From assembly GCA_964019425.1 (NCBI GenBank), contig OZ025782.1, forward strand, positions 1,488,001 to 1,552,000: a stretch of 64,000 bases of DNA. Direction: 5' to 3'. The notes under the pieces are model-generated. The model was not told the origin of the DNA, searched no databases, and saw nothing but the letters and a program-made list of their open reading frames with translations. A program made the translations under genes and the position numbers. Within the stretch, counting starts at the first letter, position 1; each line of letters starts with the position of its first letter. Below are positions 1-12,515 of this stretch, in pieces. This stretch comes from Flectonema sp. DT1601 (Eukaryota).

Positions 1-546
1 TTCAGCAAATTCCTGTGAGTTTGGGATTGTCGCACTCAAAAAGACGAATTGCACTTTGTCAGGTAGAAGAATGATTGTTTCTTCCCATGCGACTCCTCTT
101 ATCTTATCACGCATATAGTGAACTTCATCAAAAATAACACATCCAACTTCACGAAGCATTTCTGATCCACGGTAAAGCATCGATCTTAAGATTTCAGTCG
201 TCATCACCAAACAATCAGATTCAGGTTTCATGGTAACATCTCCAGTCATAAGTCCAACGCTATCAAATCTCTCTGACAGTTCTCTATATTTCTGATTACT
301 AAGAGCCTTAATTGGTGATGTATAGATGACCCTCTGCTTTGCTTTCAGTGCCATAGCAATAGCATAAATAGCGACTGTTGTTTTACCAGCGGATGTATGC
401 GCTGCTACTAAGACGCTGTCTCCGTCTTCGAGAGCGTCGACAGATTCTCTTTGAAAGACGTCGAGCTCATAAGGAAACGTGATTGCTGGTTCGTAAGTCT
501 TCGCCCGCTTGACTGGACCTTCATCTTCAGAGGGTTGCTTAGACAT
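1..546 (-). CDS. MTR4: Ski2-family DExH RNA helicase MTR4, 5' part (continues beyond window start)
   Basis: Manual translation from ATG 546: [79 protein letters not shown]. Not in the ORF track because it has no stop in the window. Confidence 0.93.
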   Translation of the reverse strand, partial: MSKQPSEDEGPVKRAKTYEPAITFPYELDVFQRESVDALEDGDSVLVAAHTSAGKTTVAIYAIAMALKAKQRVIYTSPIKALSNQKYRELSERFDSVGLMTGDVTMKPESDCLVMTTEILRSMLYRGSEMLREVGCVIFDEVHYMRDKIRGVAWEETIILLPDKVQFVFLSATIPNSQEFAE

Positions 547-796
547 GGGGAATGCCTCTTAGGAAAAATGAAATTAAAAATAAATTCAGTAAAAAAAAAT
601 AAATAAATTAAAGGCTAAGACCATCATCAGCATATAAAATAACATTTTTTAGTTTTGTGATTTTGGTTGAAAAGTAAAAGTTTTTTATTTTTTTAAATAC
701 TTCAAAGAACTAAAATTGCAACAAAAACAAAACAATGGCTAAAACACTAAATAATTTTTTTTTTTTGGCCAATGCTGAGTAACACTGAAGGCGATT

Positions 797-3314
797 CTAC
801 AACACCTGTTTTTTTTTTTTTTTTTTTTTTTTTATTATTTAAAATAAGAAGAACAGTACACCATTATTATAACACATACCTGGAAGTTTTCTCTAAATCG
901 CGATCTAAATTTAAACCAGTCAGGTGTGAGAACACCACCGACTGCAACAGCACCTTTCTCACCCTTACGGAGGACGAACTGTTATTTGTTGTTACACATT
1001 TTTGATTAGAAATAATATGGAAAAATAAGATTTGAATGCGTACCTTGTCATCACAGACCAACGACCCCTTTTTAAACCCAGATTGCCAACCATTTCCTCG
1101 AAGTTGAGAAGAAAACTTTCTCAGAGTTAACTCTCCTACATATGTAGCAGATTGTCCCTGTTGATCTTTAACAGGCATTAAAACTGGGTATTTTCCCTTC
1201 GTGGAGTCTACAGAACGGCGTTTGATAGGAGGTTGATCTGTGTCGTCTTGCACACCTTCCGAGATAATTCCTTCAACGTAAGCAGCTTTGTATTCACCGC
1301 AGTCAACAAGTCTGATTGCTGACATTAATGTGTCAGCTAGCTTTACTCTTGTGATTGTTATGTTTGAAGTAATGTCAACACGTTCTCCTCTCTTTGGAGA
1401 GAATACAGATTTTACAGTACACTCCTTGCGAACATACTCAGTGAGGTCATCAGTTAAGTCTGTTGGGGAGTTCACGACGACAAGTTTTTGTGTATGAGCA
1501 CACTTTGATTTAATTACGTGTTTTAATGTATTAGCATCTGCTAAACCTTCGAATGGGAAGTACATGATCTTACAGCGGAGTTGAATAGCAACGGATTGCT
1601 TCTCATATTTCTTAGGAATTGGAAGCTCATCGACAGTCTTTGGTCTGGCTGATTCTTGAGCTTCCCATTCTCGTACACGTCTGTCACGTTCTTCATCACG
1701 AACTAAGTCTCTGAGAACTGCCGTCGCAACGTCATCATTTTGATGTAATTTTGAAAGGATGTCGAAGTTGACAGTTTCACCGTATTCGTCCTTTTCACAT
1801 CCGTCATCTCCATCGATAAAAGGAAACATGAGATGCGCTGATTTATATGTCACGGAATCAGGTAAAAACAAACCAGGTGTTGCTTCTATAGGAGCGAATA
1901 ATGCTTTCTCCTGGTCAGGGTTTGAGTCATCATCGGAACTTTCATCGTCGTCACCATCTTTGATTTCACGGACTCGTTGACGAGCACGTTGGGCTTCAGC
2001 GACTGCACTTTCTTCATCGAGGCGTTTTTGTTCTCTTTCTCTCCATGAACGCATTTCCTCTGCTGGTAGAGGGACTTGACGCCATACGTTTACTAACATT
2101 GTTTGCCCTGATTGGTCTTGTCCTAAGTGGTCCTCAAGGATTCTTCTAGCTACACTGTCTTCAGTAGAATCATCAAAAATCATAATTAAATTTTCTTTCT
2201 CTTCACCCCATTGAAGCATTAAGTCTAAACTATATCCCAAATCCATTGAAGCTGGTGTTGCAAATATTACTTTCTTTCCTGGGATGTCATCAAGCTCTGA
2301 TCTGTTTCTACAAAATCTCATAATCCCTCGTTGTATAAAACTCATTTGATTAATTCCACGAGTTTCGAATATATGTTTTATCTTTTCAGACATGTATTCA
2401 AGACCCTGTTCTGCCATTGCAACCGTACATTCTCCATATTCACATAGAAATACGACGCTGTAAGGAGAACGATCTTCACCGTATGTATCGTACCAGTGAC
2501 CCTCAAGGATAAGGGCAAGTTCAAGAATCTTACCTGTTGCGTCGCAGGGTATCAAAACGTTTCCATCCTTACGAAGCGTATCCATTACAGTTTTCACGAT
2601 ATCATCGTCCCTGTTAGGTGCTATTGGTCTTACATCTAACGACTTCGCGCTTGTTATGCAAACCGCACTTTTATGCAATGCCGTAAGGTCTGCAGGAGGT
2701 AAATGCCTATCTGCTTTATGGTTAAAAAACGGAGCATAAGAAACATCATCTGAATCTTTAACAATATGCCAAATGCATCCACCGAGAAGATGACCAGCAG
2801 AGGCTGGTGATATGAAAACATCTCCGGTATCGTCAAGTGATGTCTTTTGAAGAATTACGGTAGTTTTTGGTGTGATCCGATGCATTTCATAAAACTTTAA
2901 AGTCGTCATCAGCTGGGCAGCAGCGTCAATACTCTCACTACTGTACGGAGCTTTCCCATTACGTTCTAGTGCATAATTCTGTATGTCGTAAAGGGTAACG
3001 TGTCCCATTGATTTTACCGGTTGAGTACAATACACCGGACATGCTAGTCCAGTATGTTCAACGAGATATGGCAAAGCTCCAATTTGTGCAAAATTCGAAC
3101 CAGATAAAAGCACGCAATCAATTTGTGTTTCTTTTACTACTCTTACCATTTCAGAGATGTCTGCAACGTCCATGGTATCTCTCCAACCACAATCCAGAAG
3201 TATGGTAAAACCTTTTTCGGTATCACTTTTTCCTAACTCCAACAAATAAGATAACGGCTCATCACCATGAACCCCGTTTATAGGAGTGAAGTAACTCCCA
3301 ACTTTGGAGCTCAT
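797..3314 (-). CDS. CPSF2: CPSF subunit 2 (CPSF100); exons 3314-1044, 978-880, 805-797 (~792 aa)
   Basis: Metallo-beta-lactamase/beta-CASP fold lacking the HxHxDH zinc motif (ILLDCGW, IGALPY, AGHLLGGCIW, GNVLIPCD, MFPF…DEYGE). Removing two GT-AG introns gives a CPSF100-like C-terminus, …LVCDDK/FVLRKGEKGAVAVGGVLTPDWFKFRSRFRENFQ/VL*. Confidence 0.9.
806..879 (-). other. Spliceosomal intron, 74 nt (CPSF2 intron 2)
   Basis: GTATGT…(A)n-CAG, followed by GTG TTG TAG in frame. Confidence 0.7.
979..1043 (-). other. Spliceosomal intron, 65 nt (CPSF2 intron 1)
   Basis: GTACGC…TTCTAAT…ACAACAAATAACAG; restores the conserved C-terminal frame. Confidence 0.85.
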
Positions 3315-3359
3315 CTTGTTTGATGATCTCTGTGATAGAATGACGAAGTTATGGCTTAC

Positions 3360-3390
3360 CTAAAAAAGGGAAAAAAAGGAAGAAAAAAAA
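3360..3390 (-). promoter_or_regulatory. Putative trans-splice acceptor (polypyrimidine tract + AG) of CPSF2
   Basis: Minus strand TTTTTTTTCTTCCTTTTTTTCCCTTTTTTAG, ending ~45 nt upstream of ATG 3314. Confidence 0.55.
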
Positions 3391-4390
3391 CAAGTTCGCT
3401 GCTGACATAAACAATCCACGACACCTACAGATACTGAATTTTTTTTCGGACGAGAAGAGGAAGACAGTTCTTGATCGCTTGTTTTTTTTATTTTTTTTTT
3501 TGCTTTTTTTTTTTTTTTTGTTGTCATACGCTACTTCTGCGTCCTTTTTTTTTTTTTTTTTTTTTTTTTTTTCTATTCCTCAATTTTTGTATTCTATTCT
3601 GTGATTGAGTAACTATTTTATTTTTTTATTTTTTTATTTTTTTTGATACGGTTTCGTTCTTCAAAAGTCGTTTTTCATTTTTATTTTATTCATATTTTTT
3701 TTTTTTTCCCGGTGAACGTTGTATGCCCGCCCTTCCTTCAACTTCTACCAAAAGTGGCTATCGTTGTAGTTTTACCGCTATTTTTTGCCCTATGAAAAGT
3801 ATGTACCTAAGAAAAATCATAATTTTTAATAGTGCAAGAAGGAAGGGGAAGAAAGGGAGAAGAAGAAACAGGAGAAGAAAAAAAAAAAGACGCACGGCGA
3901 AAGTAGGAAGAAACTGTACTACTTCTTGAAGGTCAGTAACAACAGGGGTGGATGAGGGAAAAAAAAAACCAACTCCGATATTTTTTTCCGCTTTAAAACG
4001 GGAACATTAATAAAGCAAACCAGGTTGTTCGTAACAAAGGAAAAAAGCATTCCGAGGTCGATCGTTGAGATCAAAAAACAACTCAAGAGGTAGAACAACT
4101 AACACATGCAACATTTAGCACGTATTTTCAGAAAGAACAAATCGGGTAGTAACAACTTACGGGAAATGGTTACTTTTGAGGATGGTGTGGGAAAGAAAAC
4201 AATAGTTTTAAATAAAACTCATAAATTTGGGAAAATTCGCAGACTAAAATAATTCTATTACTTTAGTCCAAGAGGAGTTTTATTTTTATAAGATCATATC
4301 ACTGCATCTAATTAAGAATGTCAGGTTGCCTTGAGTGCTATCCTACCAAGTGAGGCAGCGCTTCAAGGGGAGGAATTAAATATTTTGTAC

Positions 4391-5722
4391 TTAAAGGTTC
4401 TCACCAACCTTTCCACACCATCTGTCTCTTGGGAAGTCGTACTTGTTTTTGTGAAGAGCGATTTGGTAGCATGTGGCGGTTCCCTGTCCAGCAGCAACAA
4501 CTGACCAAGCGAGGAAGATTTCCCACATTTTGAAAAGACGGCTTCCGTATTTTGGTTCCATAGTCTCCTGGTTTGACATCCAGTTGAGGTACCACTTGTG
4601 AAGAGTGTGGGAGTAGTGTCTTCCAATTGTCTCAACAGAGTGTACTTCAAATCCAGCGAACTCCGCCTGTTCAATGTACCAGTTCAATGGAGTAGACGCA
4701 TCAGCACCAGGGAAGATGTACTTTGACATGAATAGACCCCAAGCAATATCTTGCCAGTTAGATCCTTGACGAAGACCTGCTACCTGCATTAAGAAGATAC
4801 CATCATCATCCATTAGATTCTTAACACCATTAAGGTACAATTGAAAGTTCTGAAGACCAACGTGCTCAGCCATTTCGATGGATGCAATTTTATCGAACTT
4901 GCGGTCCTTTGGAATGTCACGGTAGTCCTGACAGAGGATTTCAACATCCTTTGTGAGTCCCTGCTGTTCATTCTGCTCATTGCACCAGGCGGCTCCCTCT
5001 TCTGAAAGAGTTACTCCTGAGGATTTAGCACCGAACTTCTTAGCTGCGTGACGAGCCAGAGTTCCCCAACCACATCCGATGTCGAGGAATGTCTCACCCT
5101 TCTTTAGCTGAATCTTCTCACAGATCAAGTCCATCTTGTTTTCTTGGGCCTGCTCTAAACTCTGGTCCAATCCTCTGAATACACCTGAAGTGTATACCAT
5201 GGAAGGTCCTAAGAATGCCGCAAAGAAGTCGTTTCCACGGTCATAATGGTCGGCGATTTCTCTCTTCGTCGCTGACTTTCCCTTAAATGAACTGCTAATT
5301 CCAGGTACGAACTGCGCAAGAAGCCAACGGATCTGTCTGAAGGTGGTCTTGTAGTTTAGAAACTCATTTCTGTGGTTGAAGAGGACTTCATAGCAGTCAC
5401 CCTTCAGGTCCACCTTCCCATCAATAAAGAGCTCGTAGAACTCTGCCATTGGAATCTTTCTGTCGCAGTACCTCTTGCGAAGCTTTTCGTCTTTAAATTC
5501 GACGTACTTCTCTGTTTCTGCTGCTTGCTTTCTGTGGTATACGTAGTTCCAGAAAACGTATCCAACAGCTAATGGTGCGACAGCTCCCATATAGTCCTTC
5601 TTTGCTGCTCTGTATCCAACCCAACCAGCTGCTGATGCTAATCCCGGAATCATGGTAATCAACATAATAGGTGGATCAGTCCAGTTAGTGGACATCGACA
5701 TTCCAACCTTTACTTTCTCCAT
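4391..5722 (-). CDS. Sphingolipid C9-methyltransferase-like protein (cyclopropane-fatty-acyl synthase superfamily, SAM-dependent)
   Basis: Two N-terminal hydrophobic segments; HYDRGNDFF.AFLGP.M.YTSG, LDIGCGWG, EMAEHVG, YIFPGADASTPL, IG.HYS.TL..W, ATCYQI. Start placed at ATG 5722 (MEKVKVG). Confidence 0.8.
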   Translation of the reverse strand: MEKVKVGMSMSTNWTDPPIMLITMIPGLASAAGWVGYRAAKKDYMGAVAPLAVGYVFWNYVYHRKQAAETEKYVEFKDEKLRKRYCDRKIPMAEFYELFIDGKVDLKGDCYEVLFNHRNEFLNYKTTFRQIRWLLAQFVPGISSSFKGKSATKREIADHYDRGNDFFAAFLGPSMVYTSGVFRGLDQSLEQAQENKMDLICEKIQLKKGETFLDIGCGWGTLARHAAKKFGAKSSGVTLSEEGAAWCNEQNEQQGLTKDVEILCQDYRDIPKDRKFDKIASIEMAEHVGLQNFQLYLNGVKNLMDDDGIFLMQVAGLRQGSNWQDIAWGLFMSKYIFPGADASTPLNWYIEQAEFAGFEVHSVETIGRHYSHTLHKWYLNWMSNQETMEPKYGSRLFKMWEIFLAWSVVAAGQGTATCYQIALHKNKYDFPRDRWCGKVGENL

Positions 5723-5786
5723 TTTGTTTAGATTTGTTAAATGAGGTACTGGTGATGAATGATATTTATTAACTACGTTGAGATTG

Positions 5787-5836
5787 TTGGTGGGGAGTAA
5801 CTTGATACTATGATTAAGTATAAAGCAACTCGAAAC
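5787..5836. repeat. ~47-nt dispersed motif, copy 1 (presumed 5' UTR of the C9-methyltransferase gene)
   Basis: GGGGAGTAACTTGATACTATGATTAAGTATAAAGCAACTCGAAAC, similar to 61227-61273 and 61325-61371. Confidence 0.75.
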
Positions 5837-8800
5837 GAGCATATGAAAAGAGACCAACAAACTGTTGTGTTACTACTGAAGTGGGGGAAACTATTGAAGT
5901 AAATGCGCAATAACTATAAATTATATAATTCACACAAACGCAACGGTACGATTCCACCTCAAGAATTCAGATTGGGGGGGCAGAGGCAGGGGATACAAGC
6001 TGTCGATAAAGCGCTTTTTTTTTTTTTTTTTTTTTCTCGAATTTTTGGCAATAAAAACCTTTCCGGCAAGAATTACCCAAATTTCCATCATAACCTCTAA
6101 AAATGTGATTCCAAAAACCTGATCTTGGCTGATTTGGACAAAGGAATGAAAAAACTCAAAGCGGGGATCGTGTGGTACCTGGGGTCCACACGGTCCACAC
6201 TTTTTGAAATTTTCAAAGACTTGTTTAAGTGCCGAAGAACTGTTTCTTTGGATCGCAATCCCTATTTTTGAGGTATGTGTTGTAGTTTTTGGCTGCCCAA
6301 AGACATTGTTCTCCGAAAATATCCGAAGTGCCCAAAATCTCCGTAAAATCGATGCATGTAACCCCTCCTCCAAGGGGTAGAGGGGATGAGATGGGCACAG
6401 AGAAACGGTTCGCACAAATCTCAATTTCTGTTACGCTAAAAAGTAATGAACCAATACAACAGCTAATCGTGGTATGATTAATATCTTTGAATAAACCTTT
6501 GATCAATACTAGTTATTATTTCAGTGTACAAGACATCTGAAATAATGCATGTAATTGAGTTAAAGAAATGTAAGGGAACAGACAGACAGATGTCAAGAAA
6601 AATAAAAAGAAATAGTTGGCTACGACTACAACAACAACAATGCTAAGGCGAACACATACTCTAAAGGCTTCAGTCAATTAGTAGCACATCAAGGTTGCCG
6701 CGGATGCTGGGACATCATGAGGGAGGCAGGGATACTGTCGCAAACAAATAATCAAACGACCCGGATGAAGAAACAAAAAAAAAAAGATTTTCAACAAAAA
6801 GGTCAATCAAGCAATTTATAGGCCTTGGGACGCCAGATCAGCAGAGTTATTCTTTTTTTTCGTCTTCATCCATCTTCGTCCTGAAATAGTCGAAAGTGAT
6901 CTGCAGATTTCACGAAAGGACAGATTTTGATAGCACTCAAATACAGGACTTTAATCCAGAAATGTGTTCTGCTAAAAAGCTTGAAGTTTTATTTTTTTTT
7001 ATCATAGCAGTCTTGTTGAAAAATGGGAAAAACAAATACTCAGCAGACATTGCAACCGTGTACACGAAAGGAAAGGAAAAAAAAAAAAAAAAAAAAAAGA
7101 GTGTGGTGAAAAGTGACCATAAAAAACAAACAAGTAGATAGTTTCGCGAACTTATCTTAAGGGGACATTTCAAAAAAAAAAACTTTAAAAAAAAGTCACA
7201 AACAGTCACGATATGACCAGAGAGCTATAAAAAGCACCCAGGGAGGTAAGCTTGGTGAACACTTGTAAGAAACAAGCATTTGCAACCACTACGCTTAATA
7301 CTTTCACCTACGAGGTTTGGGCTGGGGCACAGCAAAAAACATTGCTTCCGATAGGGGCGGGGGAAAATTTATGAAAAACATAAATATACGCGCTATACTA
7401 ATATAAAAACAATTAGTAGTTTACGACGTAGGGGTCTTAATACGATCCGAAAAGATGGGGGGTTTGAAATGAATGTTGAATATGAAGAAACAAATATCTG
7501 TATTGCACCAGAGTTAACTAAAATAAAACGTTAACCGTGATACAGTAGTACTAAAGGTAATGTTAGTATAGAGGACTTTACATTATAATAAACCATGTCT
7601 CTTTTTTCCGTTTTGCTTGTGCAGTACGGAATCAAATTATTCAATTTTTTAAATGGTCGTGAGAATAGGGCGGGGGGGACTTGGATAAATAAATCAAGGT
7701 TAACACGCAACAAATTAGACATGAATCATTATAACTGGATTCTGTCCACACAAAATCGCATGCTTTAAATAAACTACCAGAGAAAGAAATGCTGTCAAGT
7801 CAAATTGACCCGGGGACCACGCACTACAGGTTGAGCATCCCATGCCCTGCAGGTCGTTACAGCTTGGGGGGGGAGGGTAAGAGGCATTTCATGCTGAAAT
7901 GAAATACCAGATTACCATAAGGTCTAATTTACCTTTTCTTTTTTTTCTTTTTTTTTTTTTCTTCCCTTTTCGCCTTTTCTTTCACAGGTCTTCTGCATTT
8001 CAAGACAAACGAAGTAGGAATTTCACGGGTTAAAACTATTCAGATTAGCCTTATATTTCGTTGAACGCAGACAAAAAAATCCTGTTTGCACAGGGAATTA
8101 AGTCATATCGGCCATAGGAAAAGTCGGCTTTCATCTCAATGGTTTATTCTCTGACTACGTTGGTATAAAAGAAACGCAAAAAAAAAAAAAAAAAAAAAGA
8201 ATCACAAGAACAAAAAAGATACGAGTAACGTATGTTACAATCGCATGAAAAAAAGTAAAAAAAATATTTAAAAAAAAAAGGGAAAAAGCTATAATTTCAC
8301 ATAAAAGTTTGTGAAATAGTCAGATCACGACCTGAGGGTGCTGAAACACCCACATCACGCAGTCAGACGTTGTGCCACCCCTCGCTCAGATCAGCATCTC
8401 TGAAAGCAGTAGGTCATCAATGGTGCGGGAACGAAGCCTTGTCTTTAGGAGCATTTGCGCTCATGCTGCTACCTGCGTCTGACAGGAGAGGGAATGTGTC
8501 ACGACATTGTGTATTGCGATCCGACATTTCAATAACATTCGCGGTGTGGAATTAGGGGTTTGCCCAATTTAAAAAAAAAAAAAAAAAAAAATTGAAAAAA
8601 CGAGAAATTCTTGGAAAAAAAAAACACAGCAAGATGTGTGTCCCAGTTGGTGGCTATTTCTCACGGTACCGCACGACAAAACGAGAAAGAGAGGGAGCTC
8701 CGCTAATAAATTAGTCGCACTGTCTGAATACTACCAGGAAATGGAGCAAATATGATGGGGATGCGGGGACACGAAAATACATGGGGAAAAGTCAAGGAAC

Positions 8801-9041
8801 CCGATATGTGATCGTTTCGTTCGTTGATTTTTGCAAACAGTCAATCGATAAGTAGAATTATCAATCGTCGTGTTTTGGTTTTTAATTTACTGCGAAAAAA
8901 AAAATATGATTAAACCCAAATAACTGATACCACTCATCTTGATTTCTTTTTTCTACATTTTCCTTTTTTTTTTTTCTTTCTTTTTTTTTGAAAAAATCCT
9001 TTTTATTTTTAATTAAAAAAAGAAAAAACGAGGGGGAAAAC

Positions 9042-9072
<31 letters not shown>

Positions 9073-9508
9073 GAGAAACTATTGACTAACGTGGTGGGTC
9101 ACTCATTTGGTTTTTTTTTTTCCAAAAAAGAACAAAAAAAAAATTTGAAGAAGAAAAACACTATGCAAATGTGCAAAGCTGACTCGTTGCAAAAAAACAA
9201 CTTTTACTGTTATTAGAATGAATATAAGAAAAAAACGTTCTCGGAAACAAGAAACAAAGGCAAGAACCTAATTTTTTTTTTTCTCCAACGTTCTGAAAAA
9301 AAAAATGGAAGAAGCGGTGAACTTGGTGCGCTTATGCCGTGTCATGACTTCCCTTCTAAATTGTAAAAAATGTAATATAATTACATACTCCTTTTACAAC
9401 CTTTCAAACAGCGAAGAGAAACTAACTAGTTGACCATATAACAATAATGGAAAGAGAAAACGATTAGGGAAAGAACAGAAACATTTCAATACAGTACACT
9501 GTGTAATA

Positions 9509-9541
<33 letters not shown>

Positions 9542-11917
9542 TGATACAGGAATACCCAATACACAATTCTTCCGTTGCTATCACGCATAACACTATTGAC
9601 AGATATAAATGCCCGAGGCATTTGGTAGGTCCATCGAGGATGCAACGAAAAGCCAGGTAGATTGTAACGCTATCTATAAGCAGGCCGCTATTTCCGCACA
9701 TATCATAAAAAAAAATAAAAAAAATAAAAATACAACTTAATTCGCTCGTTTAACTCACGAAGAAAAAATTGGGGGGAGGTCCTTCACGTACAAAAAAAAA
9801 CATGTACAAGGCACATATGGGTGATACGTAATTCAAAGCAAACACTGTTTGCCAAAGCTATTTGTTCGGACTAAAAAAGTAATTTTAAAAAAAAAAAAAG
9901 AAATAATAATAACACGAATAGAAATACTCTTTTCTTAGCGAAAAGCGTTGTGATGATCAGTCGAGGGTTAGGGTACCAACAGCCGGACTAGGTAGCTTGA
10001 ACCCTCCGAAAAACACGTCTACGAAGAGTTAAGTACCCGCCCAGTAAGCTAACTGAAGAAATCACTTACAAATCAATAAGAAAAATGTCCCACGAAGAAA
10101 GGGAGAAGGAAAAAAAAGAAGAAGAAAGAAAAGTTGGGAAGTTTTTTTTTTTTTGTCGAATCAATTTTTACACTATTCGCAAAGAAGAATATTTACCAAA
10201 AAACAGATAACAGAATATTTTTTTTTTATTTTTTTATTTTTTTTTCTCCTTGTGTCCAGCTTTGTTAGCTTCGGTAATGTAAACAGCGAAAGATTCGCTA
10301 TTTACATTTTTGATGTAATTGGGGGGTGGGCAAGTTTGATAGGGGAGGGGGGACAATTGTGAAGGGGAAAAAATAGACATAATAAAAAAATAAAAAAAAC
10401 GCAAAATGGCTGAGACGACAACGGATGTTCCCTTCGTGTGTTACAGTTGCGGCGGGGGCTGCTAGCACCTATTTTCTTCCGTACCACCTCATTGAGGCAA
10501 CTTAGATGTTAACGGGCAACTATAGGACAAACCTAAACAGATAGCGAGACAAAATATCTTTAGGGAAAGTGGTGAATGGGAAAATACAAAACAGAAGATA
10601 GCCATCTGAGACAGCATCTAAAAATAAAAAGGGAGAGAGAGGCGGAGGAATCAATGTAAACAACCTAAACAAGTCAACTACAACGTAATCAAACCTAATT
10701 AGCATTGTCACCCAACTTAGTACATCTCCATACAACCAATAGAAAAAATTAACAATCAGCTAGTGGGATGTAGTAAGTTGAGTTTTTTTTTTTCTTTTTT
10801 TTTTTTCTTTATTTTTTTTAAGAAACGAAAGGATAACACACAGTGACTTCAATAGTGTCAACAGGTGTCACTACTTTCTGAAAGTATGAACATCAGTAGA
10901 TGAACATTACTTGTAAGACTGAACAACGAACCATTAAATATCAATCACAATAAGAGTTTAGATGAAATGTTTATATGTAAGAGTACTCTTATTATTCTTG
11001 ATAACCTTATTTCTAATTGTCTGAACACCACCAAGGTACTTAGCACGAACCATAGTTCCTTACGGAGTTTTTGGTTTTTTTTGAGCTGTTCACTATCAAG
11101 GTTAATATTTTAATCATATCTGCGGGGATAACAATTTGATATCTATGCAAGGCATCAAAGTTAATACGAAGAGGAGGGGGGGAAACAGTCTTCTCAATGC
11201 TGCTCAAAATGTATCAGAAAAAAGAATTTTCAACGACAGCAGGTATCCATCGAGAGGTAGAAAAGTGGCAAGAAAAACTACTATTCTTTTTTTTAAAATC
11301 CCATCGGATTCCCAACTATTTTCTTCCTTTTTTTTTTTTTTCTCCCCGACAATAAATCGCACTCATTTACAGAATGCAATGAGAGTCGGTACGTAAAAAA
11401 AAAAAAAAAACACTAAAGAACAAAAGCGGGAACCCTTTTTAACAAGGATCAACTACCTAGACTAACGTAAAGATGTAAAACATTTTAGACATACACCAGG
11501 GAAGATGAGAAATAAAGAACCAGAGGAGTATTAAATTTAATTTAAATAACTAAGCACTCCGACAAGATTAAATCAGAACACAAATTCTGTCTTTGGAATA
11601 GTGTTCCGAGAAATATGCAAGTTTCTTCGGACCTTTTTTTTAAAAAAGAAAATTTAAAAAAAAAACTGATACTACCTCACGGAGCTCAGAATGAGTTCAC
11701 AATTTGCAATTAGATGAAAAAAATGGTAACCTACGAGGAAGCTCAAAGGAAACTGAAAAAAAAAAAAAAAAAAAAGAACGTCCCGTTGTCAAAACTTTAA
11801 TTCAAGCCGTTGCATCCTGAGTAAGGCTACTCAGACCATGATAAAAAAAAAGAGAATCATTTTTTTTATTTTTTTTTATATTTTTTTGGGCTTTTGTTTT
11901 GACAAGCAGACAAACAA

Positions 11918-12349
11918 CTAATAACTTGTTACAGTGTAATAGTAGTAAGAAGGTGAACAGGTTGTAAGACACTTTTTTATGTCATAGGCGACGGTTGTGA
12001 ATCTAGATAGCATACTAGACATCGATACCTGAATATCTCTGTTCAGTTGGTTGAAAACAACTGAGCGAACAGCTTGTAGGGGAACTTCTTCTTCTGCTCC
12101 TCCAGTTGTATATTTGATGACTACCGTCTCGGCATCCATGTCTAATGATGTGACTATTGCGTGCCACATTCCCACAAAAACTTCCGATCCTTTACACAAC
12201 ACTCTTCTGTGCGCATATCTACGAATGCCATCATGTCCAACACTACCACACTGTTCCTCTTCAACGATCTGAACTTGCGAATGATATTTTTTAGTTTGCG
12301 CTAACAGACTTAGATCGCAAGTAGGTGGGGAGATACTACCAAGACACAT
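11918..12349 (-). CDS. Hypothetical protein with possible Tudor/SH3-like segment
   Basis: 143-aa ATG-started ORF on the coding strand with non-homopolymeric composition; GSEVFVGMWHAIVTSLD…VVIKYT.GGAEEEVPL looks Tudor-like. Confidence 0.45.
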   Translation of the reverse strand: MCLGSISPPTCDLSLLAQTKKYHSQVQIVEEEQCGSVGHDGIRRYAHRRVLCKGSEVFVGMWHAIVTSLDMDAETVVIKYTTGGAEEEVPLQAVRSVVFNQLNRDIQVSMSSMLSRFTTVAYDIKKCLTTCSPSYYYYTVTSY

Positions 12350-12515
12350 ATTATATTCTGATGTGTATAACTGTTTTAATCAATAATATATTTAACAAGA
12401 AACACAAACCAACGAATCACTAATATGTTAACAGGTACAATAACTTTAAAAAGAATAAAATTTCTAAAGGGGAACAATACATCAACCCTCATTACACAGA
12501 TGTCTCTACATCACA

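Noticed and set aside
867..1043. CPSF100 C-terminus as given by the ORF track (…VRIQILFFHII…RYVL)
   Set aside because: It is intron read-through; the spliced frame gives the family-like C-terminus.
6693..6713. Resemblance to the SSU rRNA 530-loop (GTCCCAGCATCCGCGGCAA on the minus strand)
   Set aside because: Short, three mismatches, no flanking rRNA similarity.
5903..11400. Numerous 60-165 aa ORFs on both strands
   Set aside because: Dominated by poly-Phe/poly-Lys from homopolymer runs, often with non-ATG starts and no family motifs.
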